Shown here piece after piece: positions 50,213 to 58,718 of a DNA stretch of 64,000 nucleotides; position 1 is the first letter of the stretch; every line of letters begins with the position of its first letter. The DNA comes from a virus. Its lineage: Duplodnaviria; Caudoviricetes. Location of the stretch: the IMG/VR virus record IMGVR_UViG_3300020419_001132. The stretch is one strand, 5' to 3'. The notes beneath the pieces were generated by a model. It was not told where the DNA came from. It was given only the letters and a program-made list of their open reading frames with translations, and did no database searches. Made by a program: the position numbers and the translations under genes.

Positions 50213-51184
50213 TTAAGAGCCAATGACTGGTTTGTCATTAACCCCAGATTCGCCTGAGCCTTTCTTTTCAGCTCCGTGGCCTTTTGGCATAGACTTCATT
50301 GACTTACCAGCTTTCCCACCTGGTACATTAACATTACCTGCACTATCTTCTTTAGTGCTTGGTTGTGCTAGTCCACCAGCTGTTCCTTTGGTTGAGCCTT
50401 CTTCACTCTGTACCAAGTTAGAAGCAGTTCCTCCCATGTCGTTTTTACCAGCTACAGTAGATTTTTTATTATCTGCACCGTCACTGTGTGAAACATTCAC
50501 TTTTTCGACATATTCTCTCATCTGCTCCGCCGCCGACAAATTAGATTCCTCTACTTCGTCATCGGTTTTTTCAGGGACAAATGACTCTTCTTCTGGTTCC
50601 ATTTCCATATCGCCAGCCATGTCATCTTCTGCATCGCCGCCCATATCCATGTCGCCTTCTTCGTCGCCACCTTCTTTGTCACCCATCATTGCATCGAATT
50701 CAGCTTTCAAATCAGCCAATTCATCTTCAAGGTCTGCAATTTTATCTTCCATGTCGCCTTCGTCGCCCATTTCTCCTTCGTCGCCCATGTCCATTTCTGG
50801 ATCTGCATCTGCATCCATATCCATGTCCATGTCTCCGCCTTCCATGTCGTCATCGGCTTCAACTTCAAACTCATCAAGATCAAAGTCTTCTTTAACCTCT
50901 TCGTCGTCTTTAGATGCTTCGTCTACTTCTTCATCTTTAGATGCTTCGTCTACTTCTTCGTCTTTTGACGCTTCGTCTACTTCTTCATCAGATGCTTCTT
51001 CAACTTCATCATCAGTTTTTTCATCAACTTCCTCGTCTGACTCTTCTTTTATTTCATCAGCAAGTAAGTTCTCATAAATTCCTCTGGATTTCTCGACCAC
51101 GATATCGTGGAAAAGTTCTTCTGCTTTTTCGCGATCCTCATTTACGAGATGCTCAAGCATTTCTTCAAATTTGTTTGTTGCCAT
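50213..51184 (-). CDS. Highly acidic prohead core/internal protein (323 aa)
   Basis: Asp/Glu/Met-rich low-complexity sequence; located immediately upstream of gp21. Confidence 0.75.
   Translation of the reverse strand: MATNKFEEMLEHLVNEDREKAEELFHDIVVEKSRGIYENLLADEIKEESDEEVDEKTDDEVEEASDEEVDEASKDEEVDEASKDEEVDEASKDDEEVKEDFDLDEFEVEADDDMEGGDMDMDMDADADPEMDMGDEGEMGDEGDMEDKIADLEDELADLKAEFDAMMGDKEGGDEEGDMDMGGDAEDDMAGDMEMEPEEESFVPEKTDDEVEESNLSAAEQMREYVEKVNVSHSDGADNKKSTVAGKNDMGGTASNLVQSEEGSTKGTAGGLAQPSTKEDSAGNVNVPGGKAGKSMKSMPKGHGAEKKGSGESGVNDKPVIGS
50907..50987. repeat. 3 x 27-bp coding tandem repeat (EEVDEASKD)
   Basis: tctttagatgcttcgtctacttcttc(a/g) at 50907, 50934 and 50961 (third copy with 2 substitutions). 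Confidence 0.9.
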
Positions 51185-51239
51185 TTTAATCTCCTATAAA
51201 TGTTAAAATTTACCTGTTCGGTAAGGCTGTCATATAATA

Positions 51240-51246
51240 TATTTAC
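51240..51246 (-). promoter_or_regulatory. Late promoter-like motif GTAAATA for the head operon
   Basis: Upstream of a leader hairpin (UUACC-GAACA-GGUAA) and the AGGAG RBS of the core protein gene. Confidence 0.55.
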
Positions 51247-51254
51247 TATATTTG

Positions 51255-51278
51255 AAAAAAACACCTAGATAATAGGTG
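51255..51278 (-). terminator. Rho-independent terminator
   Basis: CACCUA-UUAUC-UAGGUG followed by a U-tract. Confidence 0.7.
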
Positions 51279-51304
51279 AAAACGAGCGAATTTGGTAAAA
51301 ATCA

Positions 51305-52018
51305 CTATGATAGGTCATAAATTTTTTTAAAATCGTCTACTTTGCAGACGTTGTAGTTTGTAAAGTTATTTAGTTCATCGGGGTTGTAGTTATCAGATGT
51401 TATAACCCTTACAAAGTTAATTTGTTTACTTTCTTGTACAACAGCTTTAGTTTGCCTTAACCAGTTACCAAAAAATGTAGCACCGTCTTCGCTTTTTTTA
51501 TAGTTTGGAGTATCTGCATATACATTATTAAACTTTGTACCTTCTTTAAGTCCTCTAAAATCAAAACCTAAAATATAAATTTTTTCATAACCATGTTGTG
51601 ATGCTAACCATAATGCTGTTGGTCCACTACTCCAACCCTTTGATGGTGAGAAAAAATTAAATCCTTGCATTCTATCATATGCTCTGTTGGGATTAGTCCA
51701 AACTTCGTTTTTCTTTTGAAATCCAGTTTTATTAATTTCTAAAACCATTTTTACATCTACTGCAACTAGATAGTCTGGCATAAAAGTTCTATACAATGCA
51801 TTGCATCCGTATATTTTTCCTATTTTACTAAGTTCTTGACAATCTATGCCTTGTCTTGATAAGCCATTGCCTAAAACAAATGCAATTTGATTATTTCTTT
51901 TTGTAGTATCTGTTTGGGAAAGTTTTTTATGTTTTTGTTGTAATTTATCAAAACGGCGTTGTTCACGTATAATGTGCCATTGCTGTTTTGTATACTTACG
52001 CTTGTCTAGCTTTGCCAA
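51305..52018 (-). CDS. Maf/CstII-like (GT-A variant) glycosyltransferase-like protein
   Basis: AFVLGNGLSR...IYGCNALYR...DYLVAVD...WSSGPTAL...IYILGFD; TTG start with GGAG RBS. Confidence 0.6.
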   Translation of the reverse strand: MAKLDKRKYTKQQWHIIREQRRFDKLQQKHKKLSQTDTTKRNNQIAFVLGNGLSRQGIDCQELSKIGKIYGCNALYRTFMPDYLVAVDVKMVLEINKTGFQKKNEVWTNPNRAYDRMQGFNFFSPSKGWSSGPTALWLASQHGYEKIYILGFDFRGLKEGTKFNNVYADTPNYKKSEDGATFFGNWLRQTKAVVQESKQINFVRVITSDNYNPDELNNFTNYNVCKVDDFKKIYDLS

Positions 52019-52021
52019 CTA

Positions 52022-52270
52022 TCATACTCCGGCCGCCTGTTGCTGAGCGGCTATTCCATACATTGATCTAACTAAATCATTGTCTTTGGTCTTCTCTTTA
52101 GTATGTAGCTCACTTGCTTTTCTGGCACGATTAATTTGACGTAATGTCAATCGTGTTTGCCGGGTATCATCTAAGTCAACAATAGAATCGTCATACTGAG
52201 GATCATACCTGTTATCTTCGACAGGTTCCATAGTTTCTTTATCGTAATAAAATATTTCTCTCAGTATCAT
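52022..52270 (-). CDS. Hypothetical head-module protein (82 aa)
   Basis: Between portal and the GT-like gene; CATAAATA motif at 52276-52283. Confidence 0.75.
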   Translation of the reverse strand: MILREIFYYDKETMEPVEDNRYDPQYDDSIVDLDDTRQTRLTLRQINRARKASELHTKEKTKDNDLVRSMYGIAAQQQAAGV

Positions 52271-52278
52271 GCTATTAT

Positions 52279-54030
52279 TTATGCCGGTGGAGGTGGTTCG
52301 CCGCCTGCTGGAGGTGCTCCTGCTCCTGCATCTGCTCCTGTTGCTGTTTCTGGTGGTGCTCCTTCTCCACCTTCTTCTGAATTTTCTATATCAATTTGAT
52401 CCTCTGCGCCGGATATATCGGCAGATATTCCTGCACTACTAATACCAACGCCTCTCATTTCTCCTGCCGCATCACCTTGAGGTGGAGTTAAGTTTTCATC
52501 ATTTTCTTCAGCCCATAGTCTTTCGTTTTCTGCTATATCTTCTTCTGATAGTCCTAAGAATCTTTTTAGTGCAAATCTATTAGATAAGAACGGAACTGCT
52601 TGTATTTGTGCAAATGATCCAATACGCTGATTATCTAATTCTGTTTGTCTGTAAGCCGCAAAGTTCTGCGGAGGCATAAATTTAAGATCAAACATTGCTG
52701 TATCAATGTTCATGCCTTTTTCTAACAAATATCTTTTAAATTCTTGATCAAATTCGTCAACTAGTAAGTTTTGTAATCTTTCACAATATGTGTTAAAACG
52801 TAGTTCTTGGATAAATGCTGTTCCTACTCTACCGTCATTATACTGAGCATTGCTGTCATCTGCCCCGGTTGGTAAGTATGAACTAGGAATTCGTAAACCC
52901 CGTATGAGCTTATTAGTAAAATATCTGAGATCATCTATTTCTCCTAAGTTTGTGCCTCCAGGCAGTGTTTCAACTTTAGATCCACGCCCTTCTGCTGTTT
53001 GTGGGAAAAAGTAGTCTTCGTTGATTGACAACGGGTTGTAACTACTGTCTATAACATTTGTACCCCCGCCTGTCTTGGACGGTATACGTCTTTGATGTAT
53101 CTCTGTTTTTACTCTTTCCACAAACTGCATTGCAAGGTGTGATGGCATGTTGCCAACATCTACATAAAATACTCTACGTTCAGGTGCTCTCTGCACCCTG
53201 TATATAATAATTGCATCTTCTAATAATTCTTTTTGTTTGTAAACCTTAAAAACTGTCTCTAACAGGGAGTTACCAAATGGATAATTGTTATCTAGTCCTT
53301 CAGATAAACTAAGATGAAAAACATGTTCTGCATTAACTGCCATTTCACCTTGCTCTACTGTAAATCTATTTCCTAATTGTCCTGAACTGTTTCCAGTCAT
53401 TCCTCTAGCACCACCAGTTAAATATCCACTGCCTCCTCCGGTTACATTACCGTTAGTTTGAAGTGCTTTGGTTGCTACCATATCAGCAAAATTAAATGTA
53501 ACATCTTTAATTACGTACTGCTCAGGTTTTTTGCCTTCTGATTCATTTACAATTATCCTGTTTACTTTTGAAGGATCAACATGATATAATTTTTTAGTTT
53601 CTGGATCTCTAACAAAAAATCCATCTCCGTATTTAAAAGTGTTCCTAAAAATACGGAACATTCTATTTTCAAAACGCTGTATCTTATACCATTGTTTTAG
53701 ATATTCGCTCAGTATCTGTACTTCTGAATTAGTTGCATTTTTGTAAAATTTGAATTCAAAATGTGTATCGTTCTTCTTATTTTTTTGTGTACAAAACTCA
53801 GCTAAGATATCAAGAGCCGCATTGACTTCTGAATCCATATCCATGGTATTGTATTGTCCATATCTTTCAACTCTGTTAGGAGTTCCTACATACACATCTG
53901 GTAGGAATGAACTATAATTTGATCTAGCAGGACCCGGTTGCGTAGAAGATCCTTTGCCGCTCAGGGGCGAATAGCTACCAGTTTGATTATCTCCTGTTTG
54001 TACAGGAGTAAAATACTTTTTCCAGCTCAT
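52279..54030 (-). CDS. g20: Portal protein (T4 gp20 family)
   Basis: EDAIIIYRVQRAPERRVFYVDVGNMP, EDYFFP, VETLPGGTNLGEIDDLRYF. Confidence 0.96.
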   Translation of the reverse strand: MSWKKYFTPVQTGDNQTGSYSPLSGKGSSTQPGPARSNYSSFLPDVYVGTPNRVERYGQYNTMDMDSEVNAALDILAEFCTQKNKKNDTHFEFKFYKNATNSEVQILSEYLKQWYKIQRFENRMFRIFRNTFKYGDGFFVRDPETKKLYHVDPSKVNRIIVNESEGKKPEQYVIKDVTFNFADMVATKALQTNGNVTGGGSGYLTGGARGMTGNSSGQLGNRFTVEQGEMAVNAEHVFHLSLSEGLDNNYPFGNSLLETVFKVYKQKELLEDAIIIYRVQRAPERRVFYVDVGNMPSHLAMQFVERVKTEIHQRRIPSKTGGGTNVIDSSYNPLSINEDYFFPQTAEGRGSKVETLPGGTNLGEIDDLRYFTNKLIRGLRIPSSYLPTGADDSNAQYNDGRVGTAFIQELRFNTYCERLQNLLVDEFDQEFKRYLLEKGMNIDTAMFDLKFMPPQNFAAYRQTELDNQRIGSFAQIQAVPFLSNRFALKRFLGLSEEDIAENERLWAEENDENLTPPQGDAAGEMRGVGISSAGISADISGAEDQIDIENSEEGGEGAPPETATGADAGAGAPPAGGEPPPPA

Positions 54031-56216
54031 TAAATACCCCTCATGTTGTCAGTTGACAGCTTAAATTGTTTATTAGTGTTTTCCATTGTTTTTCTATTTA
54101 TTTCTATTAGCTGTTGCATCATTTGAATAAGGTCCGGACTGTTTTGAATTTCTTGCATTTGTTTTTTAACATCTTTTAGAGCTTGTGGAACCCCTGTAGG
54201 ATCTATATCATCTGTTTTTGGTGCTATAGCTTTTAAATCTGTCATAACATCTTGTAGAGCTTGTGGAACCCCTGTAGGATCTTGTTTCATTGCATTTTGC
54301 ATCTGATTAGTCATAGAAGAAAACTGAGTCTGAAGTGCATTAGCCATTGTAGTCATAGGAGTAACTGTTGCAGGACCAGTTAACAGTTCTGCATTTTGCA
54401 TGCCTCCACCTTCACCCACTACGCCTAGCATTCCAGCACCTAGTGTTCCTCCTTCTGCTAAACCTACTGCTCCTTTAAGCGTATCCCACATGCTTTTTCC
54501 TACTCCAGTGTCTTGTTCTGTTTTTTCAGCAGTTGAGGAGCTCTTTGATTCGCTTAACAATGTAGTGTTAATACCTTGAAGTGTTGTTTTTAACATACCG
54601 TTATCCATAATACCTGTAGCGTTAAGTATTTCAGATGCTTGTATTCTTTCACTCATTGGCTTCATAGGATCTAAAGCAGTTTGTAATAATTTTACGTGAT
54701 CCTGTGTTATTGTGTTTCCTGTGTCTGTAGTGTCACCAACTCTACTTTGTAGGTCACCGACTTGGTTAGTTGAACTTCCGGGTACACCACTAATTGTATC
54801 GGCTATAACTTCTAATTCTGATGTGATAGTGTCCAATGTACCTGTGGCTTTTTGAAATGCCGTAACCATATGGGTATTGCTTTCAATCTGTAGTCCTATT
54901 TGTTCGTTTATGTCTCCAGCTGTTTCTGCAAGTGCTTGTTCTGATTCATTAATAAGTTTTAAAGCATCTTGGCCAGGTGCTCTGCCCATTTGTTGTGTAC
55001 TAACTTGTGTGGTAATTGTTTCAAGTGCTTTACTAAACGCTTCCATATGTCCTGCCGCTGTATTAGTAGCAATTCCCATTTTCTTAGCCGCGGCTTGCAC
55101 ACCTGTGATTATGTCACCAGTTTCTTGAAGGACATCGGCTTGACCTTTTGCAATGTCACTTATTTGACCGTAAGTTGCAATGGTAAGTCCTTGCCTTGAA
55201 GTCGCCATTTGTTGTTCTGCCGCTACAGCTTGAGCCGCAAGTTCTTTTGCTTTTACTTCGTCACCACGTGCCATTGCGTTTCTTGCCTGCATTGCAAGTT
55301 GGTATGCTTCTTGGTTTACAGCCGCATACTGCTGTGTTGAAGCTGTCAATGGTGCCTGTGCTTGTGTTAAGTCATCAAATAAGTTTCTTAATGTTGACGA
55401 ACCTGCTTGTAAAGTAGACTGAACTCCTTGGTATGCCGCTCCTGCATTAGTAACTCCGTCCATCTCCATTAGACGCAATGCCGCCTGTGTTGAACCAGAC
55501 CTCTGTCTTTCCATTAATTCATCTTGCATCTGCTGTACGTCTTTACCGGTTAGCTTTGCCATGATCTGCATGTTTTTAGCCAGTGCCGCGGCTGAACTTA
55601 CCTGCTGTGCAGTACTCATTCCTTCTAACATTGCTTGACGATTTTGTAACGCTGTATTTTTTACTACAAATTCATTTGCTTCTTCTATAGAATATCCTAG
55701 AGCCATGAATCTATCAATGATACCTGTATCAAACATTGCGGAGCCTAGTTCAGCAACTTTTCTTTGTCCTGATTCTAATCCTCCTCCAAATCCAACCAAC
55801 TGTTGTGAATTTCTTTCAACTATTCCTGCAAATGCATCTAAACTTAAATTTGCCCTACCTGCTTGTGCTCTGAGTGCTCCTAAACTACCAGCCGCTCCGC
55901 CACCTACTTTGGATAGTCTTCTAAATTGATCTGTAGTTTCTTCAAGGTATTGTATTCCTGTAGTAATACCCCCAAATGCTGTTGATAATGGACCAAATAC
56001 GTTTTTTGTACTTTTTGCAAAGGTATTAGACACTTCTGATAATCTACCACCACCAGAATTTACCTGTTTTCCAAATTCTTTAAATGCTCCGCCGAGACTC
56101 TCAGCTGATTTTGATAACATTCCTGTGCCACCACCAGAAGGTGCATTTTTAGCCTGATTTTTAAAGGCTTCTGACATTGCTTCCGCTATCGCACGTCTTA
56201 GTTCGTCTTCTGTCAT
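54030..56216 (-). CDS. Tape measure protein-like (728 aa)
   Basis: Ala/Gln-rich helical sequence; C-terminal GLAEGG...GVVGEGG...ELL motif; adjacent to the gp26-like hub gene. Confidence 0.7.
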   Translation of the reverse strand: MTEDELRRAIAEAMSEAFKNQAKNAPSGGGTGMLSKSAESLGGAFKEFGKQVNSGGGRLSEVSNTFAKSTKNVFGPLSTAFGGITTGIQYLEETTDQFRRLSKVGGGAAGSLGALRAQAGRANLSLDAFAGIVERNSQQLVGFGGGLESGQRKVAELGSAMFDTGIIDRFMALGYSIEEANEFVVKNTALQNRQAMLEGMSTAQQVSSAAALAKNMQIMAKLTGKDVQQMQDELMERQRSGSTQAALRLMEMDGVTNAGAAYQGVQSTLQAGSSTLRNLFDDLTQAQAPLTASTQQYAAVNQEAYQLAMQARNAMARGDEVKAKELAAQAVAAEQQMATSRQGLTIATYGQISDIAKGQADVLQETGDIITGVQAAAKKMGIATNTAAGHMEAFSKALETITTQVSTQQMGRAPGQDALKLINESEQALAETAGDINEQIGLQIESNTHMVTAFQKATGTLDTITSELEVIADTISGVPGSSTNQVGDLQSRVGDTTDTGNTITQDHVKLLQTALDPMKPMSERIQASEILNATGIMDNGMLKTTLQGINTTLLSESKSSSTAEKTEQDTGVGKSMWDTLKGAVGLAEGGTLGAGMLGVVGEGGGMQNAELLTGPATVTPMTTMANALQTQFSSMTNQMQNAMKQDPTGVPQALQDVMTDLKAIAPKTDDIDPTGVPQALKDVKKQMQEIQNSPDLIQMMQQLIEINRKTMENTNKQFKLSTDNMRGI
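54167..54282. repeat. 38-bp direct repeat with 78-bp period in the tape measure 3' end
   Basis: taacatctt(t/g)tagagcttgtggaacccctgtaggatct at 54167-54204 and 54245-54282 (DPTGVPQALxDV twice). Confidence 0.9.
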
Positions 56217-56257
56217 AAATTTAAAACCTATATTATATACGTACTTAACTTTTCGGG

Positions 56258-56282
56258 CTAAGTATTACTATATGTATTTATG
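56258..56282. promoter_or_regulatory. Overlapping divergent late promoter-like motifs
   Basis: CTAAGTA (+, 56258-56264) and CATAAATA (-, 56275-56282) in the divergent gap. Confidence 0.5.
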
Positions 56283-56293
56283 TGGAGAATTAT

Positions 56294-57157
56294 ATGAGCA
56301 GTTTTTTAGAACAACATAAAAGACAGCCTAAGATATTCATTGACCTTCCAAGTAAAGGTCATTTTTACGATGAATCTGTAATTCAGGATCAGCAATACAC
56401 ACAGTTGCCTGTTTTTGGCATGAACACCATGGACGAGATCATGCTTAAGACACCAGATGCGTTATTTTCTGGAGAATCAACAGCTAAAATTATACAGAGC
56501 TGTATACCTTTGATTAAAGATCCCTGGAGAATAATAGGCTTTGACTTGGATTACATTTTGTTAGCCATTAGAATGGCAACTTATGGAAATACCATGCCAA
56601 TAACAACAACATGTCCAAAGTGCGAAGAAGAAACAACAAGTGACATACAGCTACAGAAGATGATGGATAAAATTGACGGTGGAAAACTAGTCAATCAGGT
56701 TCAAATTAAAGAACTTACATTTCATCTAAGACCATTAACTTATAAAGAAACAACGCACTTCAGTCAACAACACTTTACACTTCAAAAACAAATTGCACAA
56801 GTTGAAAATTTAAATATAGAGGAATCTGAAAAAGCTATAAAAAGACAAGAGATTCTTGATACTTTAAGTCAAGTTAACATTGATCTTTCAATTGCACATA
56901 TTAGCAATATTACCAAAGGTGAAGATAATGAAACTGATGTAAATGCAATTAAATCATTTGTTATAGATAACGATGCAGAAATATTTGGTCAAGTAAGAAA
57001 TGGAATTGAAGAAATGAACGTTGACTGGAACAACGATATCTTAGACATAACCTGTGCAAGTGAAGATTGTGATTCAGTGTACAAGTCAAAACTAAATGTG
57101 GATTACTCGTCTTTTTTCGGAACACGATCGCTCCGCTCGAGGAATCTCAACTTTTAG
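56294..57157 (+). CDS. Baseplate hub / tail assembly protein (T4 gp26-like)
   Basis: LPSKGHFY...DEIMLKTPDAL...DLDYILLAIRMATYG...CPKC; GGAG RBS favours ATG 56294. Confidence 0.8.
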   Translation: MSSFLEQHKRQPKIFIDLPSKGHFYDESVIQDQQYTQLPVFGMNTMDEIMLKTPDALFSGESTAKIIQSCIPLIKDPWRIIGFDLDYILLAIRMATYGNTMPITTTCPKCEEETTSDIQLQKMMDKIDGGKLVNQVQIKELTFHLRPLTYKETTHFSQQHFTLQKQIAQVENLNIEESEKAIKRQEILDTLSQVNIDLSIAHISNITKGEDNETDVNAIKSFVIDNDAEIFGQVRNGIEEMNVDWNNDILDITCASEDCDSVYKSKLNVDYSSFFGTRSLRSRNLNF

Positions 57158-57351
57158 CCCTAGGTGATGAATACGAAGCCGCCTGTAAACAATTAAAATA
57201 TGATGCTTACAAATTAGCATGGTACATGCGAGGAGCATTATCTTATGATGATGTTATGTATAAGATTTCAGCTGATGATAAAGAAATAATTAGTAAAATT
57301 GCAGAAGAAAATATTAAGTTAACTAGTGATGCTAAGATGCCTTTGATCTAG
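57112..57351 (+). CDS. -1 frame extension of the gp26-like gene (gp51 C-terminal-like domain), absent from the ORF track
   Basis: T TTT TTC heptamer at 57112-57118; -1 frame open for 79 codons: FFRNTIAPLEESQLLALGDEYEAACKQLKYDAYKLAWYMRGALSYDDVMYKISADDKEIISKIAEENIKLTSDAKMPLI. Confidence 0.7.
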   Translation, partial: FFRNTIAPLEESQLLALGDEYEAACKQLKYDAYKLAWYMRGALSYDDVMYKISADDKEIISKIAEENIKLTSDAKMPLI

Positions 57352-58309
57352 ATTTCTTTTTCTTAGCTAGTTTAAGTGCTTTTGCTATACGCGGATCACT
57401 ATTAATAATATCCATTGAGACTTGTTTAGTCATTTGTCTTTCAGACTCTTCATCAAGTTCAATACCTTCAGGTATACATGCTTGTCCAGATCCTACACCA
57501 GCCAGATCATTTAACCATTTTCCAGATAGTATTTTTCCAGTTGTATTAGCTGTCCATTTGTCCCAAAACTCGTTGTTGTCTCTTAGCTTTTCCAAAGCAA
57601 TTACTAGAGCGGTTCCGCCCACAAAAGTTATTAAGGTTACTAGCCATCCTAGTCCAGGAAAGCCTCCAAAGAAATATGCCGCTGTTCTTCCTGCAATCGT
57701 TCCTGCAATCAAAGCACCTAAAATTTGATTAATAGCATGTCCAAAGTCTGCTGTAATTCTAGCTTTAACCATGTCTAGTTCCTTTTTATAAGGTCCAGGT
57801 CCACTTTGATTGTTATTCAAGCAAAAATATCTTCCGTATGCACGTAGATGCTTAGACAGTCTATCATAGCTGAGAAATCCAGTTGTTGCCAAAACTCCTA
57901 TAATACCACCCCACCTAGCACCAGGTTTACGAAGGTACTTCTTAATTTTCTTTAATGTTTTGTTGTCTTTGTCCATTTCGTCTTTGACTAATTTTTTAAT
58001 TTCGTCCTTAGACATTTTTTGATCAGGTGACTTTAGGTTTTTGTTACCAACTTTTTGACCTTTGGATCTATCTTTATTATTTTCTGTGTCACGAAATTGT
58101 TCAGCTTCACCAGCCGCATTTGGACCACTAAAAGATTTTACAACCTTACCATTATTGTCGACAACATTAAATATCTTGTTTCCGCTTTTATCAAGTACTC
58201 CAGATGGTTTCATATCGAATTTTGGTATCGATGTGTTAACACTAGATAAAGGATTTACCAAACTTTTTAGTGCTGGATCAACTTCTACTAATATATCTTG
58301 TACACGCAT
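57332..58309 (-). CDS. Hypothetical protein with Gly/Ala-rich hydrophobic helices (possible ejected/internal virion protein)
   Basis: Hydrophobic segments GGIIGVLATTG and ILGALIAGTIAG...GLGWLVTLITFVGG; exact TATAAATA at 58379-58386 upstream. Confidence 0.65.
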   Translation of the reverse strand: MRVQDILVEVDPALKSLVNPLSSVNTSIPKFDMKPSGVLDKSGNKIFNVVDNNGKVVKSFSGPNAAGEAEQFRDTENNKDRSKGQKVGNKNLKSPDQKMSKDEIKKLVKDEMDKDNKTLKKIKKYLRKPGARWGGIIGVLATTGFLSYDRLSKHLRAYGRYFCLNNNQSGPGPYKKELDMVKARITADFGHAINQILGALIAGTIAGRTAAYFFGGFPGLGWLVTLITFVGGTALVIALEKLRDNNEFWDKWTANTTGKILSGKWLNDLAGVGSGQACIPEGIELDEESERQMTKQVSMDIINSDPRIAKALKLAKKKKSRSKAS

Positions 58310-58387
58310 ATTTTTTCCTACTTATAATGTGTTTACTACGTAAACACAAGTTTTCGCTTTCGCTCTAACTATTTATTGTATTTATAT

Positions 58388-58718
58388 TAAGTGCGAAGCA
58401 CTTACGTTTCATGTAGATTGTTTAGTCAGACGGAACCTTACGCGAGGTCCCATCATCCCTAGCTTCATGTGAGTTCGCACAGCCGAGATCGGAAGTAGGT
58501 ATTTGACTTTGCTACTGGGCTCTGACCTTTCCCAACCTACGTCGACATCACGAAAAATTTGCAAAACCGCTTTACCGCTTCGCGGATTTCTCGCTATCCC
58601 CTGCTTCGTTCCTAGTGCATGGGGTTTTCGTAGCAAATAGCCTATTGGACTCGCTAGTTCTGATGTAACTCGTGGCTACACCTCAAAGCGGATCGAGCAC
58701 CTCGATCAAACAGCGTCC
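58388..58718 (-). ncRNA. Candidate large structured RNA (or structured DNA element) directly 3' of the GIY-YIG gene
   Basis: GC-rich, multiple stems: 58691-58707, 58617-58624/58598-58604, 58575-58585, 58533-58540/58413-58420, 58429-58454, 58388-58404. Confidence 0.6.

Noticed and set aside
50880-51030. CRISPR-like or regulatory repeat array
   Set aside because: Repeats are contiguous 27-mers without spacers, in frame within a coding gene.
475-56000. Many plus-strand ORFs in the track (e.g. 793..1377, 1578..1949, 21735..22154, 43230..43667, 50223..51077)
   Set aside because: They lie antisense to well-supported minus-strand genes, lack RBSs, and have the Ser/Pro/Val-rich composition expected from the reverse complement of biased codons.
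58409-58636. 75-aa minus-strand ORF inside the structured block
   Set aside because: No RBS or recognisable motif; better explained as a chance ORF in GC-rich structured sequence.
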